DNA of 64,000 bases from Alphaproteobacteria bacterium (GCA_009777955.1 WRKW01000001.1:162309-226308), one strand, 5' to 3'; shown: positions 25,501-34,555, numbered from the stretch's first letter. The notes: a model not told the origin generated them from the letters alone. Numbers and translations: made by a program.

Positions 25501-27184
25501 GGGTGGTGTCAACAATTGGCTTAATTCTTTGAGGGGTGAAACCGGTGTCCAAGGAGCGATTGGTTTGCAGGGTGAGACTGGTGCAACCGGCGCAACTGCG
25601 GGAGAAGTTGCCGAGGTGCTTAAATACGATTCTGGATTTGTTGATTCTGTGCGAGGACATCAGGGGGTTGCCGGTGCTACGGGCATATCTGCGTTCGAGC
25701 TTGCTATCGAAGAAGCCGGTTACGATATGTGGGGTGGTGTCAACAGCTGGCTTAACTCTCTGAGAGGTGAAACTGGTGTGACTGGTGCGACCGGTCTGTC
25801 GGCATTTGAATTTGCTCAACAGTATGACGATACCTTTGGTATGACAGAGATAGAATGGCTGCAGTCTCTGAGAGGTGAAACCGGCGTGACTGGTGCGACC
25901 GGTGCTACTGCGGGCGAAGTTGCGGATTATCTGTCGCAAGATCAGGACTTTGTTGATTCTGTACGGGGACCTCAGGGGTTCACGGGCGCTACTGGTCTGT
26001 CGGCGTATGAGTTGGCTGTCGAAGAAGTTGGTGATGATATATGGGGCAGTATTGAAAATTGGCTTGATTCCATAAAGGGTGAAATAGGTCCCCAGGGAGT
26101 GAAGGGGGATGATGGCGCGGGTATAGAAATTTCCGGTTCTGTCGATACATATGGCGGTTTGCCCAATAACCTTACATCCACTGATGCGGGAAGGGCGTAC
26201 TTTGTCCGTGGTGATGGGTTGCTTTATGTCTGGGATGGTGCAGGATTTCCAATCGATGGCAATGGAATCCAGTTCCAGGGGCCGGCCGGAGCATCCGCAT
26301 TCCAGCTTGCCATAGAAAGTGGCGTTTGGACTGGCGCGACCGGTCCACAGGGTGAATTGGAATGGCTTACGTCACTTCAGGGAGTCATAGGTGTCGATGG
26401 TAAATCTGCATTCGAGCTTGCTATAGAAAGTGGTGTTTGGACCGGCGCGACCGGCTTGCAAGGTGAATTAGAATGGCTTGAATCGCTTCAGGGGGTTATA
26501 GGTGTTGATGGTAAATCTGCATTCGAGCTTGCACAAGAATTCGACCCAAATGTGACATTGGAAACAACTATGGAAGAGTGGCTGGAATCTCTTCGGGGAG
26601 CGACTGGTCCATCCGGAGTATTGAACACAGATAATGACGAACCCTTGGAAGTTCCGTCCGAACCAGAGTTGCTTTCCGGCGATTTGCAGTTGCACAGGGT
26701 TTCAAAAACTGGGAATTACGAGCATTTAAATGAATTGCCTATGTTAATGACGAGCATAGAAGCCCAAAGCGCGATTGAAGAAGCGACCCCGATTTTTGGT
26801 GATGTGATTCTGCATCAAGTATCAAGAACGGGGAATTATGATCATCTTATTGATATACCAACCCTTGCGATACAACAAGAGGCACAGATCGTGCCAGAAG
26901 AAGGACAAGAGCTGTTTTCAGGCCAAATAACCCTGCAAACAGTCTCAAAAACTGGGGATTATACGGATCTTCACAATACGCCAGCAATTTGGGATACAGC
27001 TGGATTGATTGGAACAATCGGAACACTTGGCACTGATGGACTTCCCCTTATTCCCACCGATGATACCGAAGGGAAGTTGATCGATGGCCAAACGATACAA
27101 CAAACCATTATTACAGTACAGGGTGGCAAAGTCGAAGGGTATCTTATAGTTCCGACACAGGTATTACCGGAATGGACATGGTAA
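22553..27184 (+). CDS. Giant secreted collagen-like triple-helix repeat protein with phage-tail-fibre-like repeats.
   Basis: The 1543-aa protein has a signal peptide (ILALCPMVAQA) and a long Gly-X-Y region (GPQGHQGETGATGAQGAAGTDG...GPAGPAGPAGSAG...). It contains about nine 31-42-aa units (GATGATAGQVAEVLKEDSEFIESARGHQG) and the repeat [VS]K/RTGNY.HL...P three times near the C-terminus, resembling phage tail fibre repeat motifs. It lies antisense between plsX and fabH. Confidence 0.7.
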   Translation: MAGTESFLVKKSSVSYLVILALCPMVAQAASTVRTSSAGISSSTSATQSVGSIGSSALKSVGASTSSGSVSRVPAMPKGATSGSLTSSGSCVNCPDVDLSDYAKRRDVDAVEARVDDLEIELDGKANISDVYFQHEVYNKEEIHELLDDFQSGEDGATGPQGHQGETGATGAQGAAGTDGTVGTQGFQGFQGVTGATGAVGAQGATGVQGATGLVGLSAYQVALSRSNVLVGLPENATEIQFLEWLKGPQGAPGSAGLQGAQGPQGSAGSGSGGGGAQGPAGPAGPAGSAGPQGNIGPQGPAGPAGPAGPAGSAGSAGPAGPAGSQGNIGPQGSAGPAGPAGSAGPQGIMGAQGQAGAQGAAGSQGAQGAQGAQGAAGSQGATGAQGAQGIGVTGAQGATGTQGAQGEQGVQGTGATGATGATGETGVQGAPGLTGPQGERGEIGAGISAYAMAQAQGYSGSEIEWIASLKGATGMSAFELAQQQGIAAGMTESQWVESLKGSTGATGATGTDEYQVASTLINNPNFIESVRGPKGDQGAQGVTGAEAWQVADILKVDSEFLESARGYQGVTGAAGATGASAEEIAELLVVDPLFVDAVKGPTGPTGAQGQDGILGGDGKSALEVAREYMNLPNMTFSEWSEFLRGDVGVAGPTGPTGAAAWQVAEVLKEDSEFLESARGYQGETGATGATGATAGQVAEVLKEDSEFLESARGYQGEIGATGATGATAGQVAEVLKEDSEFMESARGYQGVTGATGATAGQVAEVLKEDSEFIESARGHQGAIGATGATAGQVAEVLKEDSEFIESARGHQGATGTSAFNLAIEEAGYDIWGGVNNWLDSLKGATGATGATGATAGQVAEVLKEDSEFIESARGHQGTQGVTGATGVTGATGATGATAGQVAEVLKEDSEFIESARGHQGTQGVTGATGVTGVTGATAGQVAEVLKEDSEFIESARGHQGVAGAAGISAFELAIEEAGHDMWGGVNNWLNSLRGETGVQGAIGLQGETGATGATAGEVAEVLKYDSGFVDSVRGHQGVAGATGISAFELAIEEAGYDMWGGVNSWLNSLRGETGVTGATGLSAFEFAQQYDDTFGMTEIEWLQSLRGETGVTGATGATAGEVADYLSQDQDFVDSVRGPQGFTGATGLSAYELAVEEVGDDIWGSIENWLDSIKGEIGPQGVKGDDGAGIEISGSVDTYGGLPNNLTSTDAGRAYFVRGDGLLYVWDGAGFPIDGNGIQFQGPAGASAFQLAIESGVWTGATGPQGELEWLTSLQGVIGVDGKSAFELAIESGVWTGATGLQGELEWLESLQGVIGVDGKSAFELAQEFDPNVTLETTMEEWLESLRGATGPSGVLNTDNDEPLEVPSEPELLSGDLQLHRVSKTGNYEHLNELPMLMTSIEAQSAIEEATPIFGDVILHQVSRTGNYDHLIDIPTLAIQQEAQIVPEEGQELFSGQITLQTVSKTGDYTDLHNTPAIWDTAGLIGTIGTLGTDGLPLIPTDDTEGKLIDGQTIQQTIITVQGGKVEGYLIVPTQVLPEWTW
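24520..25440 (+). repeat. In-frame tandem repeat array of 93-126-bp units, about eight copies, inside the collagen-like gene.
   Basis: The nearly identical unit ggtgcgactgcgggacaggttgccgaagtgcttaaagaagatagtgaatttatagaatc(t/c)gcaagggg(a/g)catcagggt... recurs with spacings of 102, 102, 93, 93, about 195, about 126 and about 120 bp. All are multiples of 3, with a degenerate copy near 25590. Confidence 0.7.
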
Positions 27185-27238
27185 AATCGCTGGTTTATGA
27201 TTGCAGACTTCAGGTTTAGTCGCAAGTTGGACTTGCAT

Positions 27239-28300
27239 TTATTCTTTCAGTTTTTTCTTTATCCCAGACAGCTGTTTCACACCAGCCAGTATCTGTTCAT
27301 TAAAATCCTGGACAGCCAGGTCAGCGGCGTATTTTATCGCGTTTGAAAATGCAAGCGCGTCTGAATTTCCGTGGGTCTTTACGGAAAATCCATTAAGACC
27401 CAGAAATACCGCCCCGGCATAAGACCTGGGATCGATTTTGCTTTTTAAACGCTTGAAAACATGCACAAGCAAGAATGACAATACGATTGCCAGTGGTGAT
27501 TTTTTAAAGCTGTCGACCACAACGCGTTTTATAAGTTTTGCGGTGCCTTCTACGGTTTTCAGCACGATATTGCCGGTCCAGCCATCGGTCACGACAACCT
27601 GGACGTTTCCCGTACCGATGTCGTTTCCTTCGATAAAGCCTATGTATTCGTACGGTAATTTATCTTTGTTTTCTGACAATACTTTGTTCAGGCGTTGCAG
27701 GGTATCAAGGCCTTTGGTTTCTTCTTCGCCTATATTAAGCACCCCAAGCTTTGGTCGTGGCATTTTCCCGATTTTATCGGCATATACGCTTCCCATAAGG
27801 GCAAAATCAAATAAACATTCCGCACTGCATTCTATATTTGCGCCCAGATCCAGCATTATTACGCGCTGATCCCCGCCGCCCGCCGGCAACATAGTGGTAA
27901 TCGCGGGACGGGAAATACCCTCGACCGTTTTCAATGCCAGCTTTGACAGTGCCATCAAAACACCGGTATTCCCGGCAGATACTATGGCGCATGACCGACC
28001 TTCACGGACATCTTTTATGGCCATATACATACTTGTATCTTGAGCCTGGCGGATCACTTCGGAAACTTTGTCAGTGGGTTTTATTGCGTTTGGGGAATGG
28101 ACGACTTCGCAATTTCGGGCAACGCGCGGATATTTAGATAAAAACTTCCTTAATCGTATTTCGTCGCCGAATATGCGGAAAAATACGGAATTGTCGGCAC
28201 TATGTTGGAACAGGAACTGGTTCAATCCCCCAAAAACGGCTTTGGGGGCTTTATCGCCCCCCATAGCATCGATTGCAATGATTTTTCTAGTGTCTGACAT
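27239..28300 (-). CDS. plsX: Phosphate acyltransferase PlsX.
   Basis: The 353-aa protein has the PlsX N-terminus IAIDAMGGDKAPK and the motif GLNIGEEETKG. It lies immediately downstream of rpmF, the canonical rpmF-plsX arrangement. Confidence 0.9.
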   Translation of the reverse strand: MSDTRKIIAIDAMGGDKAPKAVFGGLNQFLFQHSADNSVFFRIFGDEIRLRKFLSKYPRVARNCEVVHSPNAIKPTDKVSEVIRQAQDTSMYMAIKDVREGRSCAIVSAGNTGVLMALSKLALKTVEGISRPAITTMLPAGGGDQRVIMLDLGANIECSAECLFDFALMGSVYADKIGKMPRPKLGVLNIGEEETKGLDTLQRLNKVLSENKDKLPYEYIGFIEGNDIGTGNVQVVVTDGWTGNIVLKTVEGTAKLIKRVVVDSFKKSPLAIVLSFLLVHVFKRLKSKIDPRSYAGAVFLGLNGFSVKTHGNSDALAFSNAIKYAADLAVQDFNEQILAGVKQLSGIKKKLKE

Positions 28301-28321
28301 GTTTTATGCAAACTGCATATT

Positions 28322-28495
28322 TTATTTCGCCATCACTTGCTTTTCGTCATAAGCCCCGCATGCCGCGCATACATGATGTGGACGTTTTTTTTCACCGCAT
28401 TTTTTACAGTTGCCGGATGCCATTATTGCCAGGGCATCGTGATTGCGGCGCATAGCACTTTTTGCTTTGCTGGTTTTCTTTTTTGGAACCGCCAT
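28322..28495 (-). CDS. rpmF: 50S ribosomal protein L32.
   Basis: The minus-strand translation MAVPKKKTSKAKSAMRRNHDALAIMASGNCKKCGEKKRPHHVCAACGAYDEKQVMAK carries the L32 signature (AVPKKKTS..R...RR.H) and a CxxC...CxxC zinc ribbon. This ORF is absent from the supplied ORF list because it is short. Confidence 0.8.
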   Translation of the reverse strand: MAVPKKKTSKAKSAMRRNHDALAIMASGNCKKCGEKKRPHHVCAACGAYDEKQVMAK

Positions 28496-28604
28496 GGTTT
28501 AATCCTTTTTGTATTAGCTTGTAATTTTATCTATATTCCGGCAATTTGCAAGTGAAAAATTTTTTTGTAAAAACAAATATGCAGCCCTGGAATAATGTGT
28601 TTTA

Positions 28605-31600
28605 ATGTATTATAATGTCATTATGAAAAACAGTAATATTAAAAATATTAAAAGATACGAAAAACTGTATTCCGAGCTGGAAACCCTGCGCGTACAGATA
28701 GATTCTGCTTTGGCTTCTATAATTGCCAGGGCGAAAAAGTCCCGTGAAAGCCAAAAATCCGTATTTAAAAACCAGGTTGGCAATCTGGGGCAGCTTATTA
28801 TCGCAATAGACAAGATGTTGGAAAAAAAAGAATCCAGATCAATAGCCAAAAAATTCAAATCCGCATCAAACCGTCTGGTTGCAAAGGTTGTTTCCAGGGT
28901 AACAAAGCAGGATAATATAAGCCAGCTTGAAAACCATGCAAAAGCTGTGTTGAAAGAAATGTTCATGATGAGCATACGGGGAGAGAATGATTACGATACA
29001 GCCGTATTGGATCAAGAGTTTGAAGATCTGTCGCCAAAAAAACGTCGTAATTCTGATATGGCGATTGATTACAAGAAAAAGCAATGGGGTATAAGGCGAA
29101 TAGTATTGGATGGCATACAAAATCATGTGGATGCAAAGGGAAATGTTTGGTGCCAATGTTTGATTGATGGAAATTGGGTCAATGTGGGTTTGGCAAAATT
29201 CCATCGCGACAAGATAAAAGCTGTAAGATTTGTCGATGATGGAGAAACGGGTTATCCTTATGAAAGAATGCTTGTTCTTGATTCCACGAAAGCAGATGAT
29301 CAAAGCACAGTGGGTGAAAATGGCGAAGGCTTAAAGTTAATAGCTTTGGCGGCGTTGCGTGAAGGACTGGATATGTACTGTGAATCAAGGAATTGGAGGG
29401 GAACCCCCGTGGCGTTTCCATATATAGTTGATAAAATCGCAGGCAAGAAAAAAACTTGGTACGGTGTTGATGTCCAAGAATCAGAAAGCATGTCTATCAG
29501 GGGAAGCAGAACCTTTTTTATGAATCCTTCCAAAAATTTTTTGTACGAAATTCTGAATATAAAGTCGAATGTCCTGCAATTGAATTCTGAAGAAGAAAAA
29601 AGGGTTGTATTCCGAAACAAACATATTGAAGTCTTGGATAATGGCGGCGGAAAACTTTACAACAAAGGTTTTTTTATCCAGGAAGGAAGAGTCGCGCTTT
29701 CTTATAACTTCAGCGATATAGAAATCAATACCGACCGCAACTATATAAATAGCGATTGGATCAGAAAGATAAACGATTATGTATGGCGTTCGGACGAATT
29801 ATCTGTCGATTTTGTCGGAATTTTTTTAAGACGTTCGAACGAAATGGCAATCGAAGGTAAGCATTATTCACAACAAGATTTTATACGGCTCGATAGTCTG
29901 ACCGACCAAAACAAAGCCATAATCCAACAGGCTTTTATTAAAGAGTTCGGGGAAGATGCCTGTATCGACAGTGGGTGGAAAATCCCAGAAGGATCAGAAC
30001 CGCTGCCGAAAATTGTGAAGTTCAATACAGAAGTCAATGATTGTCTTGTCAAAGCAGGAATTAAAACTACCAAAGATATTCAGCCGCCGTATCACGAAGA
30101 ACATCTATCCACTTCTTTTGTTGTGGAAGAAAATGCATATTGGGGTGCCGCCGAGATAATGCGTGATGTTGTGCAAAATCATCTTCCAGGCGGTGATTCC
30201 GGCGGTGACAAGATTTATGCAGAATTTCTTGGTGGTGACGGAGAATGGCGGGATCTTTATAGTACCGGGAAAATATCTTATCAGGATATAAAGGCGATAA
30301 GGATTGGTGATAATGGGCGGGGATTTGATTGGATCAGCCTTAAAATGAAAAGCAGCAACAAAAGCGATACAGATAATTCTGTGGATAACGCCGCTGGAAA
30401 ATTCGGCGAAGGTTTAAAAATTGTCGCGTCAAGCGCATTATCAATGCAACAAGATATGATTTTCAAGTCTGCGAAGAACCGATATGGTTCAAGTGGAGAG
30501 GAATGGTTCGCTATACCTGAAACAGAAGAGTACGAAGATAACCAAAAAAAGAAAAAGGCTCTGGCTTTCAAGGTCAGAACACATTTTAAAGATTGGGAAA
30601 GCAGTGAGTTTAAGAAATATTTTTATAAATATTCTATCAGCGAAACTATATTCATACTTCCAAAAGAAGAAATATGGAATGAATTCAAAACACTTGAAAA
30701 AAAGTTTCTTGTATTTCGGAAAGAAAAACCAGAATATCAAACGGAATATGTAGATTTATTAAGTTTTAACGACAACGCTCTTTATGTTCGTGGACAACTT
30801 GTGTTTGAAAATTATGATTTGCAGTTTTCATATAACTTGAAAAAATTTGTGATAAAAGACAGGGACAGGCGACAGATAAAACAGGAAGAGCTTTCAAATG
30901 AAATCGCAAAATTCTGGGGTTCAACCCAAGATATTTCGCTTATCAGCAAGTATTTACATCAGGCTGCTCTTTGTGCAGGTTATTCAGAAGAACCTTTGGA
31001 ATTCAAGTCTGATGCCTTGGTGCCGGAATATCCTGATTTATGGATAAAATGCTTTCGTGATAAATTCGGGGACAAGGCAGTTGTGCGTTCGTCTAAAGAT
31101 AAGAATGAAACAGCAATAGCAGAAGCCACATACCATAATGCCACCGTTGTATCGGTTCCGCCAAGGGTTTATGAGATGCTGGTTAATCTTAGGGGTAAAG
31201 ACGGGGATCGTTTGATTACACTGGGTATTGCCAAGGAGAAACTGCTGGAACACAAGGATGTGCCCGAAGATCAGCTTACCAAGGAACAGAAAGAAGGGTT
31301 GAAATTTGCGCGGGAACTGATGGAGTATATGGGCTTTAAATACGAAATAAAGGCTGTTGATTTTAAAATACCAACGACTTTGGGTTGTTCCGGCAATCCG
31401 ATATCTTTGGGTATTTTAGTACTAGGAGAGGGAAAGCTTTCAATTGCAAATACCCTTATTCATGAAGTGGGACATAATGAAACAGGTGCTGCTGATCTTG
31501 ATTCAGAATTTCGCAATTGGTTTTGTATGAAATTATCCGAAGTTGTGCTTTATCTTATGGAAATAGATAAAGAAGATGCTATTCAAAAAGAGAAAATAAG

Positions 31601-31628
31601 AAAAGTATTGAAGGCTGGGCGTTCATAG
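28605..31628 (+). CDS. Large hypothetical protein with two tandem GHKL/Bergerat-fold ATPase-like modules (sacsin-repeat or MORC-like) and a C-terminal HExxH putative metallopeptidase motif.
   Basis: Module 1 has an N-box VLDGIQNHVDA, G1 VDDGETGYP and G2 GENGEGLKLIA. Module 2 has an N-box RDVVQNHLPGGD, G1 IRIGDNGRGFD and G2 GKFGEGLKIVA. The C-terminus reads LIHEVGHNETG (HExxH). The protein is 1007 aa, has no signal peptide and uses AT-rich codons. Confidence 0.5.
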   Translation: MYYNVIMKNSNIKNIKRYEKLYSELETLRVQIDSALASIIARAKKSRESQKSVFKNQVGNLGQLIIAIDKMLEKKESRSIAKKFKSASNRLVAKVVSRVTKQDNISQLENHAKAVLKEMFMMSIRGENDYDTAVLDQEFEDLSPKKRRNSDMAIDYKKKQWGIRRIVLDGIQNHVDAKGNVWCQCLIDGNWVNVGLAKFHRDKIKAVRFVDDGETGYPYERMLVLDSTKADDQSTVGENGEGLKLIALAALREGLDMYCESRNWRGTPVAFPYIVDKIAGKKKTWYGVDVQESESMSIRGSRTFFMNPSKNFLYEILNIKSNVLQLNSEEEKRVVFRNKHIEVLDNGGGKLYNKGFFIQEGRVALSYNFSDIEINTDRNYINSDWIRKINDYVWRSDELSVDFVGIFLRRSNEMAIEGKHYSQQDFIRLDSLTDQNKAIIQQAFIKEFGEDACIDSGWKIPEGSEPLPKIVKFNTEVNDCLVKAGIKTTKDIQPPYHEEHLSTSFVVEENAYWGAAEIMRDVVQNHLPGGDSGGDKIYAEFLGGDGEWRDLYSTGKISYQDIKAIRIGDNGRGFDWISLKMKSSNKSDTDNSVDNAAGKFGEGLKIVASSALSMQQDMIFKSAKNRYGSSGEEWFAIPETEEYEDNQKKKKALAFKVRTHFKDWESSEFKKYFYKYSISETIFILPKEEIWNEFKTLEKKFLVFRKEKPEYQTEYVDLLSFNDNALYVRGQLVFENYDLQFSYNLKKFVIKDRDRRQIKQEELSNEIAKFWGSTQDISLISKYLHQAALCAGYSEEPLEFKSDALVPEYPDLWIKCFRDKFGDKAVVRSSKDKNETAIAEATYHNATVVSVPPRVYEMLVNLRGKDGDRLITLGIAKEKLLEHKDVPEDQLTKEQKEGLKFARELMEYMGFKYEIKAVDFKIPTTLGCSGNPISLGILVLGEGKLSIANTLIHEVGHNETGAADLDSEFRNWFCMKLSEVVLYLMEIDKEDAIQKEKIRKVLKAGRS

Positions 31629-31757
31629 GTGAAATTTATAATTTATTTTGTTCCATGTATGGGAAATGTTGGATTATTGTCGCTGTGCATCTTGATTGTT
31701 ACAAATGGCTATAATCTCTGCTTTTTTTTAACCCCTATTTATGATATAATTTAATGG

Positions 31758-33278
31758 ATGATGAGAGAGTTCAGGTTACTTTTCCCCGCGATTATGGGAC
31801 TTTTCGTGCCTTTTGCCGCGTCTGTCGCGCAAGAGGGGACTCCGTTTTACTATCAACAGGGTTATCGGCCTGCTCAGACGGTACAAACAAGCAGCGGAAA
31901 TACGGTGATCAGCCAGCGAAGCCATACACTCCAAGTTCCGCGCGCCGCAACCGATCAATATGGCCAACCGGGTCAAATTCCTGGAAGCTTTTCGCCCTTT
32001 GCCATGGGAACCATGACCCCGAATGGCATCGGAGTATTGCAACAGCCGGATTGGCTGGCAAGCCTTACCTATACGCGTAAATATGCAGATTTCGAATTTC
32101 ATACAGGTGTAAATTCCATTTTGAAATGGAACGACATGGTAATCAATGAAATCGGACTTCGTCTGGATCATAACTTTACCATACGCAATTACAATCTTTT
32201 TGCGTTCGGAGAATACAGATTTGGAAGTGTGGCCAATGACGGGCTTTCGATGGACTATGACCTTTTGCCGTATGATGAAAGGGTGCCATATATCGGAATA
32301 TTTACCATATCTATGGGTGATCAGGACGGAAAAACAGACTATCTGCGGCTTGGGTTTGGTGCAAAAAATGTCTGGGATATCGCGGGATGGAAGTTGTCGC
32401 CCAGTATTGGTTACGAAGTATTCAAGCACAACTTGCAAATGTCTAACCATATTTATCCCAATCCCGGGATATATTTGCCACTTATGACGGACAGGGGCGA
32501 ATACGTGTTCGGCGACGGTATGGGAAATTTCTATAATATTCCGATAAATGTAACGCCAGAAGATTACTTGTATCAGGTCTGTCTTTCCCCGGAAGATATC
32601 GCAATAGTTTATACCGATCCCGATGGTTCGCCGGCACTTAATGGCGGTACTCTTTGGACCGGTCCGTATGACGAGAGTATGGGATATATTCCATGGGGGG
32701 TTGGGCCAAGCGATTGCGTTATCATCGGCGGTGATGGTGCAATCAAAGTCGGCGGGGTGACCCATATTTATAATACTACTTGGAGCGGTATATATCTTGG
32801 ACTGGAAGTGGAAAAACAATTGACATTTGCCGACAAATTGCGCTTTTATCTGCAAGTCAGCATGCCACATTATTATTCCGAAGGTATCTGGCCGAACCGT
32901 ACCGACTGGCAACAAAGCCCAAGCTTTACGGACGAAGGCAGTACCGGTGCATATTCGTATCTGTTGGAAATGGAATATACTTATCAGTTGTCTGACAGAT
33001 TACAGTTTTCTTTGAAAGCGGATACGAATTACTTTTATGTTGGCAAAATAGGCGGAAATCTTTATGTCGCGCCCTATACAACATACTTGTATGATGAAGC
33101 AACCGGCCAATATGTCTATACAGATATGGATGGCATACAATGCGACCCATATGTAACCGCTGGTTGTTTTCCGACACCGATAGATGTTCCCGCGCATACG
33201 CAAAAGATTTCAGATTCTTTGCTGTATTCGAAATGGCAATCATTTGCTTTGCATATCGGGCTTAAATATGCGTTCTAA
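31758..33278 (+). CDS. Outer-membrane beta-barrel protein (hypothetical OMP).
   Basis: It has a signal peptide (LLFPAIMGLFVPFAASVAQ), many alternating aromatic/hydrophobic beta-strand patterns and a C-terminal ...IGLKYAF with terminal Phe, an OMP85-sorting signature. Confidence 0.45.
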   Translation: MMREFRLLFPAIMGLFVPFAASVAQEGTPFYYQQGYRPAQTVQTSSGNTVISQRSHTLQVPRAATDQYGQPGQIPGSFSPFAMGTMTPNGIGVLQQPDWLASLTYTRKYADFEFHTGVNSILKWNDMVINEIGLRLDHNFTIRNYNLFAFGEYRFGSVANDGLSMDYDLLPYDERVPYIGIFTISMGDQDGKTDYLRLGFGAKNVWDIAGWKLSPSIGYEVFKHNLQMSNHIYPNPGIYLPLMTDRGEYVFGDGMGNFYNIPINVTPEDYLYQVCLSPEDIAIVYTDPDGSPALNGGTLWTGPYDESMGYIPWGVGPSDCVIIGGDGAIKVGGVTHIYNTTWSGIYLGLEVEKQLTFADKLRFYLQVSMPHYYSEGIWPNRTDWQQSPSFTDEGSTGAYSYLLEMEYTYQLSDRLQFSLKADTNYFYVGKIGGNLYVAPYTTYLYDEATGQYVYTDMDGIQCDPYVTAGCFPTPIDVPAHTQKISDSLLYSKWQSFALHIGLKYAF

Positions 33279-33290
33279 AAGGAGTAAAAA

Positions 33291-33476
33291 ATGAATAATA
33301 TAACGCTTATCGACATTCTTATAATCATAGGTTTTGCCGGTGCACTGTTTTCGCCGTATGAAGACGGCATGCTTATCGGCGGCGGTGCGTTCGCGGCACT
33401 GTTGGTTGTAAAGTTGGGGGTTTGGCTGTTTTCAAAGTACAAACCTGTTCTTGGAAAGGCGGGGAAAAAGAAGTAA
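33291..33476 (+). CDS. Possible small membrane protein (61 aa).
   Basis: It has two hydrophobic helices (ILIIIGFAGALF, GGGAFAALLVVKLGVWLF) and a basic tail. It abuts the start of the downstream mltB-like gene. It is short, so confidence is low. Confidence 0.2.
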   Translation: MNNITLIDILIIIGFAGALFSPYEDGMLIGGGAFAALLVVKLGVWLFSKYKPVLGKAGKKK

Positions 33477-34469
33477 ATGATTGCCCGTCGTTTTTTCCTT
33501 TGCTCTTTTTTATTGTTCATTTCTGGCGTGGTGCATGCAGAATCCGACGAGTTTGATGCCAGCCGTTGGAATGCGATGCTGCACCGGATTCAGGATAGGG
33601 CAGTTGCCGAAAGAATTTCACCCGTCGTAATAAACGATGTGATTCAAAACAGCGTGTTTGTTCCGGATATTGTAAATAGGGACAGGAATCAGCCAGAATT
33701 CAAATTAACCATTGAAGATTATCTGCGTCGAACCGTTACCGAAACCCGCATATCCCAGGGCAAAGCCACCCGTAAAAAATATCCAACTTTGTTAAGTCGT
33801 GTAGACAAGAAATACGGCGTGCCGCCGCACATAATATTGGCATTTTGGGGGATGGAGTCCAATTATGGTACGTTCAGATCCACGAATAAGCTTTCCGATG
33901 CATTTCTTACGCTTATATACGATGGTCGGCGCGAAAAGTTTTTTACTGACCAGCTGTTTGCTTTGATGAAGATTGCCGACAAGAACAAGTTATCGATACA
34001 GTCTTTGCGTGGGTCTTGGGCTGGTGCGATGGGGCATTTCCAGTTTATTCCGACAACGCTTGTCCAATACGGGGTTGATGGAAATGGCGATGGCAAAATA
34101 GATATAATGAACAGCGTTTCCGATGCCATGTATTCGGCAGGAAATTATTTGAATAAACTGGGTTGGAACAAGAACGAAAGAATATTGCGTACAGTTTCGA
34201 TTCCAGGAAATTTCAATGCGTCGCTGGCCGATAGCAAAAGTAAAAAAACTTTGGATGAATGGGGCACGATGGGTGTAAGGAACCCCGACGGCACGCCGAT
34301 TCCAAAGGGTTCAAGAATGGCCGGAATCGTGTTTGATGTGCCCGATACGCCATCTGCGGATCGCATTACGGCATATCTTGTCTATGACAATTTTTATCGC
34401 ATAAAAAGATGGAACAATTCCAACAGCTATGCAGTTGCGATAGCATTACTTGCAGACAGGTTGAAATAG
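33477..34469 (+). CDS. mltB: Lytic murein transglycosylase (MltB family).
   Basis: It has a signal peptide, the catalytic-region motif ILAFWGMESNYG (equivalent to E162 of MltB), and ...GAMGHFQFIPTT...GVDGNGDGKIDI, as in the MltB/Slt35 family. Confidence 0.75.
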   Translation: MIARRFFLCSFLLFISGVVHAESDEFDASRWNAMLHRIQDRAVAERISPVVINDVIQNSVFVPDIVNRDRNQPEFKLTIEDYLRRTVTETRISQGKATRKKYPTLLSRVDKKYGVPPHIILAFWGMESNYGTFRSTNKLSDAFLTLIYDGRREKFFTDQLFALMKIADKNKLSIQSLRGSWAGAMGHFQFIPTTLVQYGVDGNGDGKIDIMNSVSDAMYSAGNYLNKLGWNKNERILRTVSIPGNFNASLADSKSKKTLDEWGTMGVRNPDGTPIPKGSRMAGIVFDVPDTPSADRITAYLVYDNFYRIKRWNNSNSYAVAIALLADRLK

Positions 34470-34555
34470 CGCGATCCCATGCCTTACGTTTCGCGCTTTA
34501 CACTTGCACTTGCAATTTTTCAGTGCTATCATTTCTTATCATAAAAGGATTCAAT

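Noticed and set aside
23579-25939. Long antisense ORFs (23579-24050, 23598-24050, 24677-24985, 25004-25939) on the minus strand inside the collagen-like gene.
   Set aside because: They are generated by the repetitive GGN-rich collagen codons read in reverse. Their Pro/Cys/Arg-rich translations have no gene-like features and fully overlap a much stronger plus-strand gene.
22553-27184. A prophage call based on the tail-fibre-like repeats.
   Set aside because: There are no integrase, capsid, terminase or other phage genes in the flanks. The neighbours are core fatty-acid genes. It is treated as an isolated acquired gene.
34409-34555. The extended start of olsB (MEQFQQLCSCDSITC...).
   Set aside because: The extension overlaps the 3' end of mltB and is Cys-rich nonsense. 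The ATG at 34556 matches the OlsB N-terminus.
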